64,000 bases of DNA from Myxococcota bacterium. GTDB taxonomy: Bacteria > Myxococcota_A > UBA9160 > JAFDDA01. Below, piece after piece: positions 56,340 to 64,000 of this stretch. The stretch spans positions 3,456,001 through 3,520,000 of the forward strand of contig OZ245817.1 in NCBI GenBank assembly GCA_965228475.1, given 5' to 3'. Under the pieces are notes generated by a model. It saw only the letters and a list, made by a program, of their open reading frames with translations, had not been told where the DNA came from and did no database searches. Within the stretch, counting starts at the first letter, position 1. Every line of letters starts with the position of its first letter. The translations under genes and the position numbers were made by a program.

Positions 56340-57392
56340 ATGGACTTCGACTTCAGCGAAGACCAGCGCATGCTCCAGCAGACCGTCGCGGACTTCCTCG
56401 GCGGCGAGTGCCCACCCGAGCGCGTGCGCGCGGGCTGGGAGACGGAGACCGGGCGCGACGACGGCTTCTGGCGAAGCCTCGCCGAGATCGGCCTGCCCGG
56501 ACTGCTCGTCCCGGAAGAACATGGCGGCCTCGGCCTCGAGGAAACCGACCTCGTCCTCGCCCTCGAAGAGACGGGCCGCGTGGCACTCGCCGAGCCCGTC
56601 GTTCCGACGAGCGTCGGCGTGGGGATGCTGCGCGAGATCGGCGGCGACCTCGCCGCGAGCTGGCTGCCCCGCGTCGCCGAGGGAGAGGCCCGCCTCGCCG
56701 TCGGCCTTCCCGAGAGCCCCTTCGTCGCCGATGCCCATGTCGCCGGTCTCCTGCTGATCGCCTCCGAGGACGCCATCCACGCCATCCCGGGAAGCGAGGC
56801 CACGCTCGAGGCCCAGGCCTCGAACGACGGCTCGCAGCGTCTCTTCCGCGTGCAGCAAGGCAGCGGCGAGCTCGTCGCGACTGGCGACGACGCGCGAAAC
56901 CTCGCCCGCGCCGCCCTCGACCGCGGCGCCCTGTGCTGCGCCGCCGAAGCCCTCGGCGTGGCCGCGCGCTTGATCACCCTCGCCGCCGAGTACGCCGCCC
57001 AGCGCAACCAGTTCGGCGTCCCGATCGGGAGCTTCCAGGCCGTGAAGCATCTGCTGGCGGACGAGATGGTGAAGCTCGAGTACGCGCGCTCGCACGTCTA
57101 CCGCGCCGCCCACTCCGTGGCGAACGCCGCAGGCACCCGAGCGGCCGACGTCTCGATGGCCAAGCTCGCCGCCTGCGAAGCCGCGACCGAGGCCGCGAAG
57201 ACTTCGCTCCAGGTGCACGGCGCGATCGGATACACCTACGAGCAGGACGTGCACGTCTGGATGAAGCGGGCCTGGTCCCTCGACCTCGCCTACGGAACGA
57301 GCGTCTTCCACCGCGAGCGCCTGTGCAGCGCGGTGATCGACGGCACCCTCGAAGCACGCCCCTTCGGATACGAGCCGCCCGGCCTGAGTTAG
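56340..57392 (+). CDS. fadE32: Acyl-CoA dehydrogenase, FadE32-like partner subunit
   Basis: QFGVPIGSFQAVKH, QVHGAIGYT; follows the fadE31-like gene. Confidence 0.7.
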   Translation: MDFDFSEDQRMLQQTVADFLGGECPPERVRAGWETETGRDDGFWRSLAEIGLPGLLVPEEHGGLGLEETDLVLALEETGRVALAEPVVPTSVGVGMLREIGGDLAASWLPRVAEGEARLAVGLPESPFVADAHVAGLLLIASEDAIHAIPGSEATLEAQASNDGSQRLFRVQQGSGELVATGDDARNLARAALDRGALCCAAEALGVAARLITLAAEYAAQRNQFGVPIGSFQAVKHLLADEMVKLEYARSHVYRAAHSVANAAGTRAADVSMAKLAACEAATEAAKTSLQVHGAIGYTYEQDVHVWMKRAWSLDLAYGTSVFHRERLCSAVIDGTLEARPFGYEPPGLS

Positions 57393-57417
57393 GCTTTCGC
57401 AGCGGCAAGGAGACCCC

Positions 57418-57858
57418 ATGGCGAAGAAGCGCGTCCCGGCCCAGGAGGGCTGGTTCACCCTCGAAGACGAGCCTCACCTGATCGGCCTGCGCGACAAGGA
57501 GAGCGGCTCCTGCTTCTTTCCGAAGGACGTCGCGATCTCGCGCGCGCCCGGCTACGCCGACGCCGAGCTCGAAGAAGTCGAGCTCTCGCGCACGGGCAAG
57601 CTCTGGTCCTGGACGACGAACCACTACGCGCCGCCCGAGCCCTACGTCTCGCCCGACCCGTTCGTGCCCTACACGGTGGCCGCGGTCGAGCTGAGCGTGG
57701 AGCGCATGGTGGTACTCGGCCAGCTCGACGACGGCGTCGACCTCGAGGCCCTCGAGGTCGGCCAGGAGATGGAGCTCGTGCTCGGCACCCTCTACGAGGA
57801 CGACGAGAACGAGTACATGGTGTGGAAGTGGCGCCCGGCGGGCGCGGAGGCCGCGTGA
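57418..57858 (+). CDS. DUF35 OB-fold protein lacking zinc-ribbon cysteines
   Basis: LSRTGKLWSWT, PPEPY, PY.VAAVEL..E.MVVLGQ, WKW; only one Cys. Confidence 0.8.
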   Translation: MAKKRVPAQEGWFTLEDEPHLIGLRDKESGSCFFPKDVAISRAPGYADAELEEVELSRTGKLWSWTTNHYAPPEPYVSPDPFVPYTVAAVELSVERMVVLGQLDDGVDLEALEVGQEMELVLGTLYEDDENEYMVWKWRPAGAEAA

Positions 57859-59045
57859 TGGTGGGCGAAGTCGCGATTCTCGGAGCGGGCATGCACCCCT
57901 GGGGCAAGTGGGGGCGGAACTTCGTCGAGTACGGCGCCCACGCCATCAAGGCGGCCCTCGCCGACGCCGGCCTCGAGTGGAAGGACGTCGAGTTCCTCGC
58001 CGCCGGCGAGACCATCCGCAACGGCTACCCGGGCTACGTCGCCGCCTCGAGCTTCTCCCAGGCGATGGGATTCCAGGGCATCCCGATCGCGAGCTGCTAC
58101 GCCGCCTGCGCCAGTGGGACCCAGGCCATCGAGGCCGCGCGCACGCGCATCCTCGCCGGCCTGTGCGACGTCGCGGTGGTCGCCGGTGCCGACACGACGC
58201 CGAAGGGTTTCCTCGCCCCGAACAAGGGCGAACGTCAGCTCGACCCGGACTGGCTGCGCTTCCGCCTGCTGGGCGCGACCAACCCGACCTACTTCGGCCT
58301 CTACGCACGACGGCGCATGGAGCTCTACGGCGCCGAGGAGCGGGACTTCGCGCGCGTGAAGGCCAAGAACAGCCGCGTCGGCGCGACCAACCCGAACGCC
58401 CGCTACAAGAAGGTCTTCACCGAGGACGAGGTGCTCGCTTCTGCGCTCGTGGCCGACCCGCTGCGCCTGTTCGAGATCTGCGCGACGAGCGACGGCGGCG
58501 CCGCCCTGGTGCTCACCTCGCTCGACTTTGCGCGCAAGCACGCCTCGGAGTTCGTGCGCATCGCCGGCGTCTCGACGGTCACCCCGACCTACCCGAACGT
58601 CGTCGTCGACATGCCGAACTTCGCGGCGGACTCGACCGTCGGCATCGCGGCGCCGGACCGCGGCTTCAAGGACTCGATCGCCTACGCCGCCTACGAGCAG
58701 GCCGGCCTCGGGCCCGAGGACATGTCCCTGGCCGAGGTCTACGACCTCTCCTCCGCCCTCGAGCTCGACTGGTACGAAGAGATCGGGCTGTGCAAGCGCG
58801 GCGAGGCCGAGCGCCTGCTGCGCGACGGCGCCACCGAGGTCGGCGGCCGCATCCCGGTGAACCCGAGCGGCGGTCTCGGCGCGTTCGGAGAGGCCGTGCC
58901 CGCCCAGGCGATCGCCCAGGTCTGCGAACTCACGTGGCAGCTGCGCGGCCAGGCCGGCGAGCGCCAGGTCGCCGGAGCCAAGGCCGGCATCACCGCGAAC
59001 CAGGGCCTGTTCGGCCACGGCTCGTCCGTCCTCTGTGTGAAGTAA
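57858..59045 (+). CDS. Thiolase-fold 'lipid-transfer protein' (SCP2/Ltp-type)
   Basis: GAGMHPWGKWG, AACASG, ICATSDG, EVYDLS, NPSGGL..FGEA. Confidence 0.85.
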   Translation: MVGEVAILGAGMHPWGKWGRNFVEYGAHAIKAALADAGLEWKDVEFLAAGETIRNGYPGYVAASSFSQAMGFQGIPIASCYAACASGTQAIEAARTRILAGLCDVAVVAGADTTPKGFLAPNKGERQLDPDWLRFRLLGATNPTYFGLYARRRMELYGAEERDFARVKAKNSRVGATNPNARYKKVFTEDEVLASALVADPLRLFEICATSDGGAALVLTSLDFARKHASEFVRIAGVSTVTPTYPNVVVDMPNFAADSTVGIAAPDRGFKDSIAYAAYEQAGLGPEDMSLAEVYDLSSALELDWYEEIGLCKRGEAERLLRDGATEVGGRIPVNPSGGLGAFGEAVPAQAIAQVCELTWQLRGQAGERQVAGAKAGITANQGLFGHGSSVLCVK

Positions 59046-59054
59046 GGAGCGATC

Positions 59055-60206
59055 ATGCCCGAGGCCTACATCATCGATGCCGTCCGCACGCCCGTCGGAA
59101 AGCGCGGCGGCGGGCTCGCCACCGCCCACTCGGCGGATCTCGGCGCCCACGTGCTGCGCGCCCTCGTCGAGCGCACGGGTGTGGACGCCGGCGCCGTGGA
59201 GGACGTCGTGTTCGGCTGCTGCGACACCGTCGGCACCCAGGCCGGCGACATCGCACGCACCTGCTGGCTCGCCGCGGGGCTGCCCGAGCACGTGCCCGGC
59301 GTGACGATCGACCGCCAGTGCGGATCCTCCCAGCAGTCGGTCCACTTCGCGGCCCAGGGCGTCATGAGCGGGGTCCAGGATCTGGTGATCGCCGGCGGCG
59401 TCCAGAACATGAGCCAGATCCCGATCTCCTATGCCATGACGTCCGCCGAGCCGCTCGGCATGACGGACCCGTTCTCGGGCTCGAAGGGCTGGACGGAGCG
59501 CTACGGCACCCAGGAAGTCTCCCAGTTCCGCGGCGCCGAGATGATCGCGGAGAAGTGGGACGTCTCGCGCGAAGACATGGAAGCCTTCGCCCTGGCGAGT
59601 CACGAGCGCGCGCTCCGGGCCATCGACGAAGGGCGCTTCGCGAACGAGATCGTGCCCTACGGCGACGTCACGACGGACGAGGGCCCGCGGCGCGGCACGA
59701 GCCTCGAGAAGATGGCGAAGCTCGAGCCGCTCTCTCCGGGAGGACGGATCACCGCCGCCCTCGCGAGCCAGATCTCCGACGGAGCGACGGCGCTCCTCGT
59801 GGCTTCGGAGCAGGCCGTGAAGGACCACGGCCTTTCGCCGCGCGCCCGGATCCACCATCTCTCGGTGCGCGCCGACGACCCGATCTACATGCTCACCGCG
59901 CCGATCCCGGCGACGAAGCACGCTCTCGAGAAGACCGGCATGAAGCCCTCGGACATCGACCTGGTCGAGATCAACGAGGCCTTCGCCTCGGTCGTGCTCG
60001 CCTGGCAGAAGGAGACGGGCTGGGACCTCGACCGCGTGAACGTGAACGGCGGCGCGATCGCCCTCGGCCATCCGATCGGCGCGACGGGAACCCGGCTCAT
60101 GGCGACGCTCCTGAACGAGCTCGAGCGCACCGGCGGCCGCTACGGAATGCAGACCATGTGCGAGGGCGGTGGCCAGGCCAACGTCACGATCATCGAGAGG
60201 CTCTAG
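59055..60206 (+). CDS. fadA6: Acetyl-CoA C-acyltransferase, FadA6-like thiolase
   Basis: [36 protein letters not shown]. Confidence 0.82.
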   Translation: MPEAYIIDAVRTPVGKRGGGLATAHSADLGAHVLRALVERTGVDAGAVEDVVFGCCDTVGTQAGDIARTCWLAAGLPEHVPGVTIDRQCGSSQQSVHFAAQGVMSGVQDLVIAGGVQNMSQIPISYAMTSAEPLGMTDPFSGSKGWTERYGTQEVSQFRGAEMIAEKWDVSREDMEAFALASHERALRAIDEGRFANEIVPYGDVTTDEGPRRGTSLEKMAKLEPLSPGGRITAALASQISDGATALLVASEQAVKDHGLSPRARIHHLSVRADDPIYMLTAPIPATKHALEKTGMKPSDIDLVEINEAFASVVLAWQKETGWDLDRVNVNGGAIALGHPIGATGTRLMATLLNELERTGGRYGMQTMCEGGGQANVTIIERL

Positions 60207-60208
60207 GA

Positions 60209-61111
60209 ATGGGAATCTGTGAAGACCGCGTCGTCATCGTGACCGGCGCCGCGCGCGGCATCGGGCGCGAGCACGCCCTGGCCTTCGCCCGCGAGGGCGC
60301 GAAGGTCGTCGTGAACGACATCGGCGTCGAGCTCGACGGCTCGGGCGGCGGCGAAGGCCCGGCCCACGAGGTCGCCGAGGCCATCCGCGCCGGGGGTGGC
60401 GAGGCGATCGTGAACGGCGCCGACGTCTCGAGCTGGGACGAGACCGGGGCCCTCGTGCGGCAGACCCTCGAGGCCTTCGGGCGGCTCGACGCCGTCGTCA
60501 ACAACGCCGGCTTCGTGCGCGATCGCATGTTCGTCTCCTGCAGCGAAGACGAGTGGGACGCGATCGTGAACGTCCACCTGAAGGGCCACTTCTGCCTCGC
60601 GCGCCACGCGGCCGAGCACTGGCGCAACGAGGCCAAGGCCGGGAACCCCGTCGACGCCCGCATCATCAACACGAGTTCGGGCGCCGGGCTCCAGGGCAGC
60701 ATCGGGCAGAGCAGCTACTCGGCCGCCAAGGCCGGCATCGCCACGCTCACCTTGATCCAGGCCGCGGAGATGGGCCGTTACGGCGTGACCGCGAACGCGA
60801 TCGCCCCCTCCGCCCGCACCCGCATGACGGAGGAGGTCTTCGCGGACATGATGAAGGCCCCCGACGAAGGCTTCGACGCGATGCACCCCGGGAACATCTC
60901 GCCCCTGGTCGTCTGGCTCGGGAGCGCGGAATCGAAGGAGGTGAGCGGCTGCGTGTTCGAAGTCGCGGGCGGCGAGATCTCGATCGCCGACGGCTGGCGG
61001 ACCGGCCCAAAGGTCGACAAGAACGCGCGCTGGGCGCCGGACGAGGTCGGCGCCGCCGTGCACGACCTGCTCGCGAAGCGCGTCGAGCCCCAGAAAGTCT
61101 ACGGCACCTAG
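60209..61111 (+). CDS. SDR oxidoreductase (Rv3548c-like)
   Basis: TGAARGIG, NNAG, VHLKGHF, TSSGAGLQGS, YSAAK. Confidence 0.88.
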   Translation: MGICEDRVVIVTGAARGIGREHALAFAREGAKVVVNDIGVELDGSGGGEGPAHEVAEAIRAGGGEAIVNGADVSSWDETGALVRQTLEAFGRLDAVVNNAGFVRDRMFVSCSEDEWDAIVNVHLKGHFCLARHAAEHWRNEAKAGNPVDARIINTSSGAGLQGSIGQSSYSAAKAGIATLTLIQAAEMGRYGVTANAIAPSARTRMTEEVFADMMKAPDEGFDAMHPGNISPLVVWLGSAESKEVSGCVFEVAGGEISIADGWRTGPKVDKNARWAPDEVGAAVHDLLAKRVEPQKVYGT

Positions 61112-61118
61112 CGCTCCC

Positions 61119-62261
61119 ATGAACTTCGCCTTCACCGAAGAGCAGGAAGAGCTGCGCGAGACCGCGCGCGCCTTTCTCGAAGAGCACTCCGGCTCCGAGG
61201 CCGTGCGGGCTGCGATGGAGAGCGAGCTCGGCCATGACCCGGCGCTCTGGAAGCAGATCGGCTCGGAGCTCGGCTGGACGGCGGTGACGATCCCCGAGGC
61301 CCATGGCGGCCTCGGCCTCTCCTACGTGGAGCTGGTCGCACTCCTCGAGCCCATGGGTGAAGCGCTGCTCTGCTCCCCTTTTTTTTCGACCGTGGCGCTC
61401 GGCGCGAACGCCCTGCTGTGCGCCGGGACCGAGGAGCAGAAGGCGCGCTGGCTGCCGGGCATCGCCGAAGGAGAGACCCGCGCAACGCTCGCGGTCGCCG
61501 AGGACGCCGGAAGCTGGGCGCCCGAAGGCATCACCGCGACCTGGCGGCGCGAAGGCGACGGCTACCGGCTCTCCGGGACGAAGCGCTACGTGCTCGACGG
61601 CGCCTCGGCGGACCTGGTGCTCGTCGCAGCTCGGGCCGAAGGATCCCGGGGCGAGGACGGGCTCTCCCTCTTCGCGATCCCCGGCGCGGCCGACGGCCTG
61701 ATCCGCACGCCGCTCCCGACCCTCGACGCGACCCGGCGGCTCGCGGCGCTCGAACTCGACGACGTGGCGGTTCCAGCCGACGCCCGGCTCGGCGAAGAAG
61801 GTGCGGCGGCCCGGCCCCTGGCGCGGACGCTCGACCTCGCGGCCATCGCGCTCGCGGCCGAGCAGGTCGGCGGCGCCGAGCGCTGCCTCGCCGAGAGCGT
61901 CCGCTATGCCAAGGAGCGCGAACAGTTCGGGCGAGCGATCGGCTCCTTCCAGGCGCTGAAGCACAAGTGCGCGGACATGATGGTCGCCGTCGAGTCCGCG
62001 CGCTCGGCCGCCTACTACGCCGGCTGCATCGCCTCCGAAGACGCTTCCCCGGAGCTGCCCGCCGTTGCGGCCCTGGCCAAGGCCTGGTGCTCCGAGGCCT
62101 ACTTCCGCTGCGCCGCGGAATCGATCCAGATCCACGGCGGCGTCGGCATGACCTGGGAGTACGATTGCCACCTCTACTTCAAGCGCGCGCGCGGCGACGA
62201 GGCCTTCCTCGGAAGCCCCGACGAGCACCGCGAGCGCGTCGCGCAGGAGATCGGGCTCTAG
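61119..62261 (+). CDS. Acyl-CoA dehydrogenase, FadE33/IpdE2-like
   Basis: AVRAAME...D..LW, DATRRLA, GSFQALKH, QIHGGVGMTWE. Confidence 0.75.
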   Translation: MNFAFTEEQEELRETARAFLEEHSGSEAVRAAMESELGHDPALWKQIGSELGWTAVTIPEAHGGLGLSYVELVALLEPMGEALLCSPFFSTVALGANALLCAGTEEQKARWLPGIAEGETRATLAVAEDAGSWAPEGITATWRREGDGYRLSGTKRYVLDGASADLVLVAARAEGSRGEDGLSLFAIPGAADGLIRTPLPTLDATRRLAALELDDVAVPADARLGEEGAAARPLARTLDLAAIALAAEQVGGAERCLAESVRYAKEREQFGRAIGSFQALKHKCADMMVAVESARSAAYYAGCIASEDASPELPAVAALAKAWCSEAYFRCAAESIQIHGGVGMTWEYDCHLYFKRARGDEAFLGSPDEHRERVAQEIGL

Positions 62262-62262
62262 C

Positions 62263-63042
62263 ATGGCGGTCACGATCGACTTCGCAGGGAAGGTCGCCCT
62301 CGTCACCGGCGGAGCCCGCGGCGTGGGGCGCGGGATCAGCGAGCGGTTCCTGGCCGCCGGGGCTGAGGTCGCCATCTGCGGCCGCAACGAGCCGGAGGCG
62401 CTGCCCGCCGCCGGGGGCCGGAGCGCCGTGTTCTTCGCTGCGGACGTCCGCGACCCGGAGCAGGTCGACGCCCTGGTCCGCGCCGTGGTGGAGCGCTTCG
62501 GCCGGCTCGACGTGCTCGTCAACAACGCCGGCGGCGCGCCGGCGGCGGAGGCCGCCACGGCTTCGCCGCGCTTCCACGAATCGATTCTCCGCCTGAACCT
62601 GACGGCGACGCTCCACTGCGCCCAGCGCGCGAACGCCGTCATGGCGGCCCAGCCCGAGGGCGGCTCCATCGTGAACATCGCGAGCGTGTCGGGGATGCGG
62701 CCCTCGCCCGGCACCGCGGCCTACGGCGCGGCCAAGGCGGGCGTGCTCTCGCTGACGCAGACGCTGGCCGTCGAGTGGGCCCCGAAGGTCCGCGTGAACG
62801 CCGTCACGGCGGGCATGATCCGCACCGAGCTCGCGCACCTGCACTACGGCGACGAGGCGGGCATCGCCTCCGTCGAATCCACCGTCCCGCTCGGACGCCT
62901 GGGGACGCCCGGCGACGTGGCGGACGCCTGCCTGTTCCTGGCTTCCCCGCTCGCGGCCTACGTGAGCGGCGCGAACCTGCTGCTGCACGGCGGCGGCGAG
63001 AAGCCGGCCTTCCTGGACGCCGCCAAGAACACCGAGCCCTGA
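62263..63042 (+). CDS. SDR oxidoreductase (Rv3549c-like)
   Basis: TGGARGVG, NNAGG, RPSPGTAAYGAAK, AVEWAPKVRVN. Confidence 0.88.
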   Translation: MAVTIDFAGKVALVTGGARGVGRGISERFLAAGAEVAICGRNEPEALPAAGGRSAVFFAADVRDPEQVDALVRAVVERFGRLDVLVNNAGGAPAAEAATASPRFHESILRLNLTATLHCAQRANAVMAAQPEGGSIVNIASVSGMRPSPGTAAYGAAKAGVLSLTQTLAVEWAPKVRVNAVTAGMIRTELAHLHYGDEAGIASVESTVPLGRLGTPGDVADACLFLASPLAAYVSGANLLLHGGGEKPAFLDAAKNTEP

Positions 63043-63060
63043 GGCCGCGGCCGGCCGCGC

Positions 63061-63390
63061 CTACTTCTTGGGGAGGCTCCGGGCGAACTCGAGGCCGCGC
63101 TCGATCCAGGTGTCGAGCTGCTTCGACGTCCGCACCCCGGGCGCCGAAACGAAGACCATGCCTTTCATCGGCCGGCCCGTGATGTCCATCGGGCGGGCAT
63201 GCTTCCGGGCCAGCGCCGCTTCGTGGGCGTCGGGCCCGACGCGGACCATCAGATCGTCCCGCGAGACGCCGCAGAACATGTTCCCGTTGGCGAGGAACGC
63301 CACGCCGCCGAACATCTTCTTCTCTTCGATCCCACGCCGGCGAGCGACCTTGCCGCGAATCCGCTCGGCGAGCTTCTCGTCGTAGGCCAT
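63061..63390 (-). CDS. TfoX/Sxy N-terminal domain protein
   Basis: MAYDEKLAERIR, EKKMFGG, GRPMKG. Confidence 0.85.
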   Translation of the reverse strand: MAYDEKLAERIRGKVARRRGIEEKKMFGGVAFLANGNMFCGVSRDDLMVRVGPDAHEAALARKHARPMDITGRPMKGMVFVSAPGVRTSKQLDTWIERGLEFARSLPKK

Positions 63391-63420
63391 GGCCCGCCCC
63401 TTCCGGTGGTGGAGACGAAC

Positions 63421-64000
63421 CTAGCGGCGTCGCGGCCGCCCGCCTCGTCCGCCGCGCGGGCCGTCGGAGGGCCCCCGCGAGCCGCCTTCCCGCCCGGAGC
63501 CGCCCGGACCGCTCGGGCCGCGCCCTCGCGAGCCGCTTCCGGAGTTGCGCGAGCGGGTCTCGGAACCGCGCGGGCCCCGGCGGCCCTGCCCGCGAGAACC
63601 CTCGTCGCGCGTCGAACCGGCGCTTCGGCCGCGCGAACCCTCGCCGCGCGTCGAACCGGCGCTTCGGCCGCGCGAACCCTCGCCGCGCGTCGAACCGGCG
63701 CTTCGCCCGCGCGAACTCTCGCCGCGCGTCGAACCGGCACCTCGTCCGCGCGAACCCTCGCCGCGCGTCGAACCGGCACCTCGTCCGCGCGAACCCTCGC
63801 TCTGCGGACCCCTGCGGCGAGACGCCTCGCCCCGCTCCGGCCGGTCGTCCCGCCCGCGCGTGCTGGCGCCGCGCCGGCCACGCGTCTCGCCCTCGGAGCC
63901 TCGGCTCCCCCGGGAGCCCGCGCTTCGGCCCCCGCCACCGGAGCGGCCGGAACCGTTGCGCTGCCGGCTGGAGGGCCGGCCGTTTCCGCGGCCGCGCCGC
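63421..64000 (-). CDS. RG/RGG-rich C-terminal tail of a gene starting beyond the window (possibly a DEAD-box helicase)
   Basis: Open frame from the window edge to TAG at 63423-63421: ...RRGRGNGRPSSRQRNGSGRSGGGG...GPRGGRGGRPRRR*. Family assignment is a guess. Confidence 0.6.
   Translation of the reverse strand, partial: RRGRGNGRPSSRQRNGSGRSGGGGRSAGSRGSRGSEGETRGRRGASTRGRDDRPERGEASRRRGPQSEGSRGRGAGSTRGEGSRGRGAGSTRGESSRGRSAGSTRGEGSRGRSAGSTRGEGSRGRSAGSTRDEGSRGQGRRGPRGSETRSRNSGSGSRGRGPSGPGGSGREGGSRGPSDGPRGGRGGRPRRR
63592..63800. repeat. 39-bp coding tandem repeat, about 5.4 copies
   Basis: GCGCGAACCCTCGCCGCGCGTCGAACCGGCGCTTCGGCC units at 63592, 63631, 63670, 63709, 63748 and partial 63787. Confidence 0.92.

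Noticed and set aside
63592..63800. Possible CRISPR array
   Set aside because: Units are head-to-tail with no unique spacers, the length is a multiple of 3 within an open frame, and no cas genes are present.
63249..63938. 229-aa ORF with VRRAARVRAxEAP repeats
   Set aside because: An alternative frame of the tandem repeat that overlaps the TfoX gene; the RG-rich frame ending at 63421 fits better.

Overview
A densely coding, very GC-rich (roughly 70%+ by eye) bacterial chromosome segment. Gene content suggests a Myxococcota/deltaproteobacterium-like organism (orphan 7TM kinases, Hanks kinase, long rhomboid, PilZ); this taxonomy is inference. About 64 real CDSs are supported, and most long Arg/Pro/Gly-rich ORFs in the track are GC shadow frames. 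I found no rRNA, tRNA, CRISPR array, integrase or transposase. Main blocks: (1) a His-rich leader ORF upstream of a truncated outer-membrane metal-uptake-type gene; (2) a GMC oxidoreductase pair flanked by two orphan 7TM histidine kinases; (3) methanethiol-oxidase-like mtoX plus SCO, with no mauG and His at the position I recall as the TTQ Trp211; (4) acyl-CoA ligases, a carboxyltransferase and lipid-catabolic enzymes; (5) the top finding, three contiguous genes (28897-32433) resembling eukaryote/archaea-type tRNA wobble-34 enzymes: a QTGAL/B3GNTL1-like GT2, Elp3 and a Trm9/ALKBH8-like methyltransferase; (6) two TetR modules with visible operators; (7) a 12-gene steroid C/D-ring (HIP) catabolic operon with an inserted Zn-less DUF35 plus atypical thiolase-fold pair; (8) the RG-rich tandem-repeat tail of a truncated gene. 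All family calls come from motif recognition and remembered reference sequences, not database searches. Several start codons were re-chosen by RBS and overlap logic.
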